A DNA stretch of 64,000 bases from Balanoglossus misakiensis (lineage: Eukaryota; Animalia; Hemichordata), in contig CM082591.2 in NCBI GenBank assembly GCA_040954595.2, positions 671,882 through 735,881 on the forward strand, written 5' to 3'. Position numbers and translations under genes: made by a program. Shown here piece by piece: positions 37,205 to 50,922 of this stretch. Under the pieces are notes generated by a model. That model had not been told where the DNA came from, searched no databases, and saw nothing but the letters and a program-made list of their open reading frames with translations. Positions within the stretch are counted from its first letter, which is position 1. Every line of letters starts with the position of its first letter.

Positions 37205-37752
37205 GTGACATGCGCATGTTACTGCGTGTTGCTAGGTAACAGAAATTCCATCGCAACACCACTCTATATGTGGGAGCACTGACCATTAAGCATGGTGGCG
37301 CTGTACAACAATAAACACATGCAAAGGTGAAATGGCCTTACCAGGTACTCCGTCAAATATCCTGTGCCATAATTGCACTGAAATTGTTTCATAGACCGCT
37401 AATATATGCTACCAACCGATGCCTGTGCCCCGTAACACAAGGTTACAGTCAAGAATTCTTTCAGAATGACTGTGAACGTCTATAATCCTTTGAGGGATCA
37501 GTGACGTCATAAAGATTTTATGGGACTGAATCCCAAAAGAGTCCCTGTTCTGTTTTTACGACGGCCAGCGGGTACGATTGAAATGTGTGTATCATAAATC
37601 TGATTTATACCCTCCACCATCACTAGATGAAAACATTCAAATAATTTAGAACTGTGTAAGATGTGAAGCGTCCACAAATCATGATTTTCCGCTCATTGCG
37701 AGATCTCGCGAGCCTAATTGGTTAATTACTGTAGCAACGGGTTGCTATAGTC
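37205..37752. promoter_or_regulatory. Promoter/enhancer-like motif cluster upstream of TP53I11
   Basis: CATGCGCATG (NRF1-like, 37209), X-box GTTGCTAGGTAAC (37228), CRE TGACGTCA (37502), TCTCGCGAG (37704), CCAAT and further RFX half-sites (37718-37750). Confidence 0.4.
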
Positions 37753-40700
37753 AAGTCATTGCTCATGTTTCCAATAGAACACAGAATCCTTTGACCTTAA
37801 AAAAATTAATAGAAAGTGTCTGTTTACAAATCTAATTGATTTACATTGTAGGGCATCATTATAAGAGTAAGTCAGAGACAAGCCTTAATTTGTCCAAGTG
37901 TTCCTGCACTACAACGATCTGGCTTTGGTGTATGAAGCAGCTTTCAGAGCTCAGTTTTATCTGTCATATTTCATCCCTTGGTAGTATATATACAGAACGT
38001 AGATAGTTTTTGATTGCTTTATCACTTGGCGCAGACAGCTTTTTTGTCTCACGTTAACAAGTCGAGGAGTTTTTATGTCAATATAGTCTAATTGATGCCT
38101 GCAGCTACCTCGTTCTAGGGAATGATGATTGATGTGTCGTCTTATTTTGCCTCGTTCTGAAAAGCCTAACAACAAGCTTGTTGAAAGATCGAAGTCTCGT
38201 CCATTTCACTCCATGAATTGTGGCTGACTATTCCCAGTGTCAGGGAAATCGAACGTGATCAGAATAAGAACGGACAGTTCTTGACACGACCACTAAAAGG
38301 GTTACAGCTGAAGGGCTTTACATACAAATGGCTGGGATTCTGTCAGCGTCCCATCGTTTGCAAACTCAAGGACAAAGCTCAGCTTGATGGTCTCAACTAT
38401 TCAATCTTGTTGTGGGAAGGATGTATATACCATTGAATGAAAGCATTACCGGGTATTTTTAAATCATACAAATATGATAAAATTCTTTTCACTGTGTTGC
38501 AGATATCCCATCTAATTGGATCTTAATCTCTTTTTAACGGACCACAAAATAACTTTTGGACTAGTAGGCAAGGAAAAAGAATTCAATCATTGAATCGAAG
38601 ATTGAGAATCGCATTGATTTCCGTCACTGCGGCTTTTCATGGTTGAGGGATTACAAATATTAACTTTGTGCGTGTTTTGCATGAGATATCAGCTGGAGAC
38701 TGTAAAAACTGGCATGTGGACTGGCGGGTCCAGGTGGGAACATACATGTAACAATTTATATTCCACCATTGAAATGTAATGTTCATTACGTCAGCAATTC
38801 CAGCTGTGGAATTGCTACATAACGAGCCCAGCCAATCATTCCTTAACAACATCTGCATGCCCACACCCGAGATATTTTTCAACTCTTGGTGAAGGGCAGG
38901 TCTCTGTTCGCTCACTGTTAACATTATTTATGCACTGAATCAAAACCAGCTGGTGATTTTGTAGTTTAGAAGTTATTGCAGCTAGTTAATCGAAGGAACC
39001 ATTCTGCAATTGAATGTTGAACAACATGACACGAAGTAATGTATCAAGTGTTATGCATCCGTCAAACATAAAGAAATGCGTCAGTATTGCTACATCACAC
39101 CCATTAGTTCAATAAACATCATAGTTCTGATTTTAATTGCCAATTCTAAACTGCGTTGCCACAACTGTTGTTTATACATCAGAATTTTCCAAAAGAAATA
39201 CCTCACATTAGTTTGTGGTGTGTTAGATTGTCATAATGCATGCACAGTGTCCAGATTGTATTGGAAACAGTAAAAAGACACTGGTGGTCAGTTTGCAACT
39301 GCCACTTAAAAGCAGAGAGACATGATAGTACATGATTACTATTTGCAATCATCTTACTCAAAGCTATTATATTAATCAGAATTATTACCTTGTATGTAAC
39401 CCGTTCCAAGGAACATATGACTTAAGCTGATTTTAAAACCATCCGGACAAAATTCCAAGCCACGGCAATATACAGCCATTGGTCGATATCACTTTACAAT
39501 TACCTAACCATGGTGAAGCCATTAAGCCATGTTCTCGGAGATACAATTACCAGTTTCCGATTTAATACTGATTGGACCGGAGATTGGCGCAATTATCCAA
39601 CCTCCTTTTACTGTAAGCGAACACTAATAGAATCTTGCAGAATCATGCTGGAGATTTTACAGCCACTGTACTGTCTTCCTTTTACGGATATCACAGTCCT
39701 ACATTTGATAACGTCAGTTGAATTCATGTTTCTTTTGAACCAGTAAGTCTACGATAACTAAGCTGACTTCGAGTGGACTGAGATTAGAATGTGCGATTAA
39801 ATGATAAATGCAGTGAACCCCAATGCGTATGAACAAATATTCTTTCCTGTGTTTGTTCAACTCATTTAGATATCATTATTCAATAAGAGAAGACTTTTCT
39901 TTCTTTTACAACTGCCTCGACGAAAGAAAGTAGTGCAGTTGATATTTTTGGCTTAATCGTCAGCTAAGAATTGGGTTTAAGGTCAATGTTGTTTACTTGA
40001 GATGAAACGAGTGTCAACAGATCATCTGAAACATTTCACAATCACACCATTAAATGAACTGGCACGTGGCCTTCTGTAAAATGGTTTGATCTCATTGTGT
40101 AAAGGTGACACAGCGCGATGAGATAAAATAACATGAAAGTTCTGTTAACGAATAAGTAATTGCGTGTCTGCTGCTTGTTACCTATGGGCAATTACCCTCT
40201 GACAACTGAGTACTGCAATTTATCTTACTCACAGGCGAGACCATTTGGCAGATGAAAAATCATGTCACGAAGGAGTACAGAGGCTAAAAATGCTGGTGTT
40301 AAATGGTAAAAAAGAACACTGTTCCAATCGTGATTGCTATAATTGTTCAAACCCACTTTGTATTCAAGAATAATGACCCAATGGTATTCAAGGAAACACA
40401 GATTTCAAGAAACCTTCTTGATCTTTGTATCCTGGTGATACGAAGATTGCATTTAGATACAAAAGAGACCGATGCACTGCACGATTTACAATGTTTATGA
40501 CGGTCGCGTCGCAATCTTTTGATGTTATTTTCCTAATCTTTCTTTCTATGAAAAGTTGACCATGTTATTTGGCCGAGTGAAACTTGATGAGTATTCCGTG
40601 ACTACAATAATAATCTCATTTTTGCGAAGCTTGTATGACTGTGTTACATTTGACCTTGGACTTCATGATAAAATGTTATACATCTGTTTGTCTGTGGTTA

Positions 40701-43464
40701 CATTGCAAACGTTTCCTGAGGTTTATATATATGTAAGCTATTGGCAATATTAGACATCTACGTCTATATAGACAAATTACTGTCCATATGTCATTCAACA
40801 ACATGGTATGCTGTTATTCAAGAACTCACACACAACATAATGTGTAGAAATAATGGCGAGTACACCCATTTCAAGATTTATGAGCAATTTTGCAAATTAC
40901 TGCTTGGCATCTAGAGCATGCTAATAAGTCAGGTCGATGGAAACAGAGCCACTTTGGCCATGCGAGTAAAAGGTTCAATTCTGTTCCTAGTTTAGAACTG
41001 TGCAGCGGGCGTTACATCATTAGTGGAAGAAATCTAATGACATCACACAGTTCTGCCTCCTACATGTCTCATGCGCAGAAGTGGTTGACACACAGTGTGA
41101 GCCAGCACTAGTGAACAGCACGCTTCGACCCCTTATTGCTTTAACAAAGAATAAACTTTTGTTGAGCAATATAAACCACTATTTAAATAAACCATCCATA
41201 AGAAATAAAACCAGCTGTAATTTGTGATATTTTAGTACTATTTGTTTCTGTGCATCGACATGTACATTTCCTTTTGGCTTGCCAACGCAGTGTGTAGATG
41301 TGTGTCACAGTACATTCTGGTAATTGACGTTTTAATTTAATTATGGACTTCAAGTCCAATTGTCAATGTTAATAGTGCTAACAATGCATGGACAAATTGT
41401 GTTGACATGCCGGATAGTGAATGTTTCAACACACGCTGGTGAGAAAAACAGTCAAATGTAGTCGATGCATGGATCAAAAAATTCAGCAAAGATATCAAAC
41501 ATAGCACTTAAGTGCATTGAACTCAAACATCACCGGCACAGATATAGTTAAGCAATGATTACTAATGCATGTGTATTTCATTAAGTTTTGTTACGTCTTG
41601 AATAATATATTGGCAATTAAACTGAACTAAAATGGTCATAAATTCTAGTGCAAATGTCAAAGTATAATTACTATTTATCACAATTTATTGACTGTTGCTG
41701 TAGCATTTACCATATCACCTAACATAATTGAGATATGGCAGATTCATGTGGTACGTGCTAGAATCATTAACTTTGGACATCAACTGCACAGCCAACCACA
41801 TCCATCTCTGTGAATCAAGGTCACAGTTGACAGTCATCATTGAGACAATAAAATATGTGGATATTATTTTCCATAAAGCATATCCTACAATGCTAGCTTG
41901 TACCAAACGAAAGTGACGCCGGCTTTAACCGAGGCAATGGTGTCTGTAAGAATGTCTCATAAGCCTTTAATTCCTTTGTTAAAAGCAACAGACAAATGAA
42001 GATTATCAATAAGTAAAAGCAGGTAAGGTGTGCTTCAGGTACAGTTTTCTTTTGGTCAGACGTAACCGTTTGTATCTTAGTGACGACTTTCTCGCGATAA
42101 TAAAAGAGCCGTATTCTATAACGACAGAAAAATCCATTTTATAGTCCGTCGACTTCCTATTTACTTTATCCGGTATAAGTTACAACATTTTCCTTTGAAC
42201 AGGGAAATGAATGAATGAATGGCAGACAATTGACAGTAGCAGCAAAGACATAAGAACGCTTTTGAACACTATTCTACCGTTACTTATATGTGCTTTTCTC
42301 GACTGATTAAACCATTCACACCAGTGCATATTGCAAGTGTCAGCTCATCTACGACAGAAACGTGGGTCGATATAAAATAAAAATACTCACGGCCGACGGT
42401 TCCACCAAGGCTCCATATTTTTAGATTTCATTTCTGATTTTAGGCGAGAGAGCACTCGAAAAAAACAGTTAATTATCGTCCAAACACCGATGGATTTTTC
42501 CGGCAGTAGTGCAAGAATGTAGGAAGAGCGTGTTCTGAAATGTGTAGACTGGCAGTGAATTCCCGCTCTGTGTACACAGGCACGCGTCGTAGAATTTAGT
42601 TTCGAGTGAAATGGACACGCCGAGAGGGATTGTAAAAACGGTGCACGTACAATCTCGTCCCTTCATTTGCATCGCTAGTAGACGGGGGAGGTTGCCATGG
42701 CAACGCTTTGCCTGAGTAAATAGGACTGATAGCTTCATGAGCTTATCACAGCCTACATCCCTGACCAATCTTGTCTGGGTCTCACAATCGATCACACATA
42801 GGCATATGAGCTTCACACGTACATGTAATTCCAGCTTGCATTCAAAGGCGGGTTTTGTTCCAAGAGAAACACGCGTCTAGTGCCAAGCCATTACCAAAGA
42901 AAAGACACTCATCTCTCCTGGTTATCAGATCTTAAAGGGTTTTGAGACTGTGGGATTGAAAATGCCATTTCATGCGATTAACTCCAGATTACACCTTACT
43001 TGATTGTACGCTTACAAAAGAAACCAATGTCATGAACGAAACTGTGAGCATGCGCGGCTGTATTTTTTCTACAAAATCAAATGATTTAGCACTTGCATGT
43101 CATCTCAAGAATTATTCAAGTATACCGTTTTCTTTATTTTCATAACCATCATTATTTCTTAGTTCTCCGCGATATGATTTATTGTAATGGGATTTTGTTA
43201 TCTCCCCTTTCTCTTCTTAGAGTCGCCTTTTTGTTATCGCGTTGAATTAACGCCTGCGCAAGGGTCCTTTATCAGCATTAGCGTTCGTCAAATGGCCATC
43301 TTGACTTACAAGAGACGAAGTTAACATCTTGTTTCGTGGGGTGGGTCGTACCGTGTTCATTAATAAGGGAAAATATATCTATGGATTACCATCAGGTTCT
43401 ACTGAAACATGTTAAAGTATTGCTATATCTCTTCTTTCACAGTGTGTGTGTGCATCTGTACCGG

Positions 43465-43501
43465 TATGTATATATGTATGTATGTATGTATATATGTATG
43501 T
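43465..43501. repeat. (TATG)n microsatellite, imperfect
   Basis: TATG/TATA repeats. Confidence 0.8.
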
Positions 43502-44714
43502 GAGTTTACTGTGTATGTGATTCATATGACGATATGGTTGATCCTATAGTGTTTGCATTTTATAGCTGAACAGAGAGCGTGAAAAAAGCCTTAAACAGAC
43601 AGATATCCATAACGCTATCATAACGACACAAATACTTTCTGCAAGTTATGCAGAAACATAGCAACGCTCTTCCTTTAGTCGACAACTAACCGCAAAACAC
43701 GGGTATGTCACATATCATATGCACATGAATGATATATGAGTCGAACTCTAACCTACATTACCAGATCACCCAACAAATGGGTCTGTGCTCACAATGGCTG
43801 AGCCATATCACCATCACTGTAACATGCGAAATTTGTTGGCATTTATCTTTATCTTTTGTTGCAATATTGAGCACAGTCCTGTGGATCAACACATACAAGA
43901 TAAATGAATCTAATTGTATTCTATCACATCACTACCCTTCTGTGTTCAATTACCAATGGCCTCTAACCTGCATTGTGATATTTCTGCCTTCAAAACTCAA
44001 GACACTACTCATGCTCAATTGCAAAGAGGCCTCCTAAAATCATCTGAGTTTATGTAATAAAGTTCAATCAAGGAATGTTGTATTTGCTAAAATTTACGTA
44101 GAGTGATAATTTTTTCCAAGATTGTTGCTTCTCTGTATGTTCATCGAGCCCATCGAAAGAAACACCCGCCACAAGAACAGCGCCAGCTATCACCATTGTT
44201 TGGAAACTTCTTTTTTTCAGACCGAATTGAATAAAGTCACTTGAGTTGCATCCCAAACGAATCTAGGTTCATCGCGCCCTCTATAGTAGAGATGGGAATT
44301 ATTAGTTCTAAAGCTGACTTACACATACATAGCGCATACCAGACATGTTTTATGATTTCAGAGTTGACGACAAACATCAGTTTACGACGCCCAGGCAATT
44401 GATATTCTAAATATTCACATATGAAGTAGAAAATATCTCCATGCGATTACTTGTCTTTTAGGTATTCGATTTCGGTTCAATTTGCAAAAATATTTTGAAC
44501 AAAGTAATATCCGCATACCCTACAAAGGTCGTCAACTGTTTCCGACAGTTTGTGACGTTAAACGCTGATAGAATCGGTCGTTATGGTATTTAGCATCTCT
44601 TCCCCGTTTATAAAAGTGATGTTCATGTGTTTCCGCCTGGCCTTTGCTACGTTGTTTGTAGATTAAGTTGGGAATTGAATGAACAAAGACATCGGAAGGT
44701 GAAAGTACACGTCA

Positions 44715-44843
44715 GTATGTATGTATGTATGTATGTATGTATGTATGTATGTATGTATGTACCGTATGTATGTATGTATGTATGTATGTACCGTATGTAT
44801 GTATGTATGTATGTATGTATGTATGTATGTATGTATGTATGTA
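44715..44843. repeat. (TATG)n microsatellite
   Basis: ~30 GTAT units with two ACC interruptions. Confidence 0.95.
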
Positions 44844-47800
44844 TAATGAATAACTCTCATCACTATCTATATTATTGGGAGGTAATGATGTATTGATAAA
44901 CTTTCTAAAGTGTGCACCAATGATTGATGAACTCATCGAGTCTGACATTTAAACAGTCCGTGAAAGGAGATGAGTATTCCCACAGATGACACACTATTGG
45001 TTCAAACATGCCATAAATCATTATCTATATAGAGATATTTCATTTCGAGACGGTATTGTTTTGAAGGGTTGACATGCACCTCCAGGATACCCCCAACTAC
45101 TGTAATTTCCTTTTCCACATACAACAGAAATGAGACCACTCTTGTGAAACAGCAAGTCCCAGACATTCATTTGTCCATGAATCAAGTCACAGAGAAGCTT
45201 GCTTTTGTTTCAATTATATCATCTTGATCATGTGATGTTATGTTTTATTAGCGTCGGAAAGCTAAGTCTGATTTATAAAGGCCTGATATAAAGGAAAAGA
45301 GTTACTGTCCTTTAAGTCAAACAAAAGCCGCTCAATTATTACTGTTTCACCGGTGGCTATTTCATGCTGAGTGGTTTAGTGAGAGCCAGCAAGATGGATG
45401 CAATGAATCATTTATCTGCCATGCGAATTGTTGTATATGCGCGTAATATATTGGTGGCAAAATTTACATGAGCTTTGAGTGTGAATGTGCCAAGGACATA
45501 ATCATTAATTAATATGTATTTTTAAATTCATTTAATGTTTTATTTAATGTTTCTTCCCCTCTGCAAAGATGGAGTGAACACACACCTTTGTTGTGGGACT
45601 TAAATTCCAAAACTAAAGTTATAACCACAGCTCATGAATTGTGTCAATTGCAGTAATTGTATTGTTAGGAAATGGTTGCATGGCAACGAGCTACACAGGT
45701 AGCTTCCAGAAAAAAATACTTCGGAGATATTGCCAATGTACAGTAATAAGCCTGGTAACTATGTCGGTTTTATGTGATAATCATGGAACTTGTATGATAA
45801 CCATGCACCATTTCATTCTAAATTACGAGAGTATGGTCACAGTGTGATAGAAAAGTGTGATTAGCTTACTTTTATTTGAAATGCACATGTACATGTACAC
45901 TTACATATCCAGCGGTGAATGCAAACGATCAAGGCAATATGACGAAAGTTTTTTTGTCGGTCAAGGTCGTAAAATTAATTCCAAGGGTATTTTTTAAATC
46001 GATTTCTCCTTCCAATTGTACTTTTGCGATGAAATGTAAATAAAATGTATGGAAGTGCAATTTTACACACAGTTATTATTCTTTTTCGACGAAGCATGCA
46101 TATAAAGCCATTTTGAAAGCAATCATGGTCAGAGAATGTACAAAAAGTGAACGTAAAGAACCTCTCTTGGATGCAATTAGCCTACTGCTTTTATCAGCTA
46201 CCAAATCCAGATAATCTGTCAGTAAATGTCAATGGTATCTGTGCAGTGCTTGGATATTTTGACATTTGATGCATGGCAGCTCAGTATTTATCACTGGTGT
46301 GTGTTCTATCCATTTACAAATGAATATTGCTTGACCTTTAAGACATATCATGTACAAAGAGTGGGATGACCAAGGAAAAAGTTATCATTATCAAGTCAGC
46401 ATGGCATAGAGGCGGCGTTTCTATGATACCAGGAACTCTGCTGTCATGTTGCCATGGAAATCACCGCAAGCAGTGAGCAATGGAGGTCATTCGACTCGCC
46501 TTGTTGTATGCGCCCAACCCCTACTCTTAATGGTCACTGTTTGCCGTCCGATCAAAATGATGAGAACTCAATCAAATGACCTTCAGAGAAGTTACTCCAG
46601 GAGCACTATTTATGAACCATAATTTTTATCAATCCCAAATAACAAAAGAGCTTTGAGAGACCTAACTGTTCCAAGCATTTTCTAATGAATTTGCTTTTTG
46701 AACACGCTAACTTGAAATATAAATGCGTAAAGCTGATCATTTACTTTTACAACAAGTAAAGCATGTAGGATTCCCTTACATTTATGCGATCACAAAGTAT
46801 GGTGAGTAGATTTAAGAGGTTTGCAGATAATTTTTATGGTTTAATCAGATGGTTGTTTTATTGATGAAGTCTGACTGTTTGGCATTTATCTTTTATGGAT
46901 GATGGGCTGAGGGGTCTAATATCTTCACGACACATGGAATATTTGTGTGACTTGCTGACGCTCATGTCACGTTTATGGAAACCTCAATTGCAACAGTTAT
47001 AATTTGCTTATGTTTTTTGTCAGGTGAAAACTGCACACACTGAAATGAGCAGAAACCTGCACACAATGTTCTTCTGCGTACGCATATAAACATTAATTTG
47101 CAATCGACCTTTCTCTTTCTTTACAACCATGCTGTGAACACCCACGCATCAATAGAAGGATTCACACATCCATGATGCGTTCCAGATAATCTAGCGATGC
47201 ATTTCATTGACTTCACCTTTATTCCAAATACGAAACAAACCATTCTTTTCAAATAATCTGGAAGCTTGATAATTTTGCAATCACAATTTCACAAACAAAG
47301 AGGACCAAACACAATGTGAGTAATTGTCTTTGGAAACTCATTACAATGTCCCTTAATTGAAGCTTATCAGAATAAAAGAAAACTACAGAGAAGACATGAA
47401 TTGAGAGGCCACATGCATCCAGCCACATTCATGACGTTCTCTCTTCTTATCAAAGTCCAATTCACGATACATCTCCTTGACAAGGAATAATCACTTAATA
47501 TGCCGCAGCGTCATGGTGTGTAACATACTATCTCAGATTTTACTTATCTAGATGTGTCAGTAAGATTTCAATTTCACCATCGAACATCTTCGCGCGCGAA
47601 TATGCCACAATAATAGCATGATGATCAAAGGAATGGTTTATGTATAGATATGGTATATACGAAAATTGTCATTAGTGCAAATTTGTTGCTATAGAAAAAG
47701 ATAACATGACTTTTAGACATGGTTCGCTAACTTTCAATGGCATGTCAATAAACCCGTTGATGCGATTAATCATGGCATGTTTGCTAGTTCTGAGTAATGA

Positions 47801-50800
47801 CTTTATTTGGCTAACTGCGGATACATTGCAGGAAACAGGGTATGCTCACTCTTTTTAGACACCAGCCATCAATACTTGGTCATATGTCATACATCACAAA
47901 GCATATGTGACTATTTCAACTGTTGGAAACCACTCAACATTGTTCATTTTTGCTTCGCGTTATCGCACAATAGCAAAACAGCGGCAACGGTAGATTTTGG
48001 ACTACGTCTAATTTCCCTTCGCAAATGGGAACACAACAAAATGGACGCCGGCGTCACAAGTACTTCAGCTGACATCGACAAGTGTGGCAGCATTCTCGAA
48101 GGGATGTGACACCCTCAAAGTACGACATAATAATTAAAAGGAAATGTGCCATAAGGCCATTTCCAATGGTAATCGTTATTTCCGACATTGTTGACAACAT
48201 CGATCAGCTACACAGGCATGGTCTACCACTTTACCTTCGCGGCTGTGTGTCACATTTATTCATTGGTCCCACTGAGTTAATTGGATTGGCCCACAGCGAA
48301 AGATGTCCAAGAAGGACAAGAGTAAAATGAGGGTCGTTGTCTTTAAGCAAATTGACCTTCGTAAAATGTTCCCTTGCATGGAGACACACTTTTAGATCTC
48401 AAAATTGTATACATGGAAATACTTAATTGTTTCTCGTTTAATAATAAAAGAAATGTTTGACTTAATCTGTGATAGAAGTGTAAATTCATCGACGAAGAAG
48501 CTGAGATATTTTTAGGAGATGTGCCATGTTATATTTTTGAAACACCTGGCATCACTTCCTTAGCATTTTGCCAGAAAGTCCATCTATCTTTCATTCATTC
48601 ACAGACTTGACTTTGAGCTGTCTTGTGTTGATTGACCTCAAAGTACATCCAACATGACACTAAGGATACAGCTCTACCACACCGTAATACTGCATTATAC
48701 AACTAAATTATATTTTTTTTCATTTTACGCGGGAAGTTAATTCCTGCACTATTTTCTTAAATATATGACCACAATATACAGTATGTGTGTAGTGTCATCT
48801 TATTAGAGTAAGCTTTGCATTTTCCTCAGGATTAAATCACACTAACAAAGGCATCGTTTCAACCATATGGTTCATGAGGATAAGTATCGCACTTCAGGTA
48901 ATATTTCATTGTGTGGAAAGGTTTATTCGACGCGTGCCAGATGCGCTTCACGGCAGTTTTCATAATTTATCACTGCCGTTTTCAACAGTTAGGTGTATTT
49001 ATTTTCCAAAACCTTATCATGATAGAAAGTATCACAAACCCAGCCAAGTGATCAATCTGATCCTGCATGTGCAATGTACCAGTGTCAACTATACAATAAC
49101 ATTGACTGAAGATAGAATGAACAGAGGTCAAAAATATTTCTAACATAAAAAAAAAATGTATACAATCAGAATATCACAAACATAATTTGTTCATATCTCC
49201 CCTTTAAAATGCACGTTTCGTAAAGTCGTCACTTTTTTTTGCTGAAGGGCATCAATTGATATTATTTATTCTTATTTTCCAACGAGGACAACTTTGTGAA
49301 AACTAAACACAATAGGAACAACAAACACTGACAATACAACATAAATTGCTTATGCGATGAAATATGAATGAAGTAGCCGTGAGGAACTATACGAAAGTGA
49401 CTGCTTATTGAGTAAAACCAACCATGTCAAATTACCATAACTTGCACCAAGTTGGATAATTCAATTGCATATAAATGGCAATTGGAGAGAAAGCTAAGCA
49501 CATAATTACTGAATTGTTTAGATGTTGGAATTAATTAATGATGAACTCACACAAGTCGAAGTAGGCGCTCCTCACGGGTTGCCATTTCACGATCAGGCTT
49601 CAGCTAGATAACAACTGTGAACAGGCCTTTGGCGGCTGCTGTATGATTGAAATCCATCCAATTAAATCGACGGTGTCTATACGCGTCGAGAACGTCAAAG
49701 ACCCGACTGTTGTAAGTCGCAATCACTCGGAAATAGGAATCCTTCAAGAGTTATGAACTCAGCAGCACTAGTGGTGTCGAGCACCGAGAAGCTGCTTCTC
49801 GTTCGATGTCTTTGAAATTAGGACCAGTTTCGGTAGAGTAGTAATTCTTGTTGTTAGTGCGCAGGTGCGAATATGCAAATGACTGTTGGCAAGGGAGTCT
49901 CGATGGACTAAGGCAGATCTCAATCATATAGTGACAGCCATGTCTCAAAATATCTGAATGATTGATCACCAGATACGAAATTCGAATTACAAGCTCAGTA
50001 ACCAAATTAGAAAAATAGGTTTAGGAAATCCCCAATCAGAAGTTACAACTTAAGTTTTCTATCATTTGTAGGAAACTGTCCCGTTGAAACACTTTGTAAG
50101 CACACAATTTATCAATATGCCAAGTCTGCAATGAGCAACAACCACTCATGTGTGATGCGTTTTCTATGTTTCATTGGGTTTAGATAGAAATCATAACCAC
50201 AATATTAAGAGTCTTAGACATTTGCTTGTTTTCTTCTCAATGAAACACAACTGACGTAACGTTCATCTATTTTAAGTCACTCATGAAAATCTGGAGAAAC
50301 TGCTATATTTTCAAGGTCATGAGTATACAATCTTGTCTACATATACATGAGATTTCCTCCTTAAGTTCTTCCGTTGTGCCAGCAAAAAACAGCTTAATTT
50401 CAAATTTAACGACCGGCGTCTTCCGTTTGCTGTGGAACGGGGATATGTCCCGGAGGCACATATAAACTGCTTCTTTATTGGATGCAAGAGAAATAGAAGA
50501 AATCAGTGAAGGAAGATAAAGCTGTCACGAAAGCGGAGCAAGCTAGAACACCTGCCCTACTTGACACAAATGCAATACTGATCTCGGGAGTGCATTAAAA
50601 GTAAAGGACCTAGCCTAATCCACAAAATCTCTTATCCGCAAATTATTGTTCCGTGGTCTCGATGAGGCAGTATTAACCCAATGTGCTCTTCATCAAAGCT
50701 GAGATGACAGGTCAATCTTTTCAACCATAAATGTATTAATACCTGATGTGTGATAATTTCAATTTCGTGAATGTAGAATCTGACATCCAGGGAATGACTG

Positions 50801-50845
50801 CGGTTGGGATTTTGTGTTCAGCACAATTAAAGGGCCTAAGTTAGT

Positions 50846-50922
50846 ATCATCTTATGTGCATGTGCCAAACCAGAGACTCTGGTTACAAAATTTGTATAGA
50901 GTCAATGCCATAAGGCAGTGTG
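50846..50922. mobile_element. 77-bp dispersed fold-back repeat (MITE-like), copy 2
   Basis: Same orientation as and near-identical to 27655-27731. Confidence 0.6.
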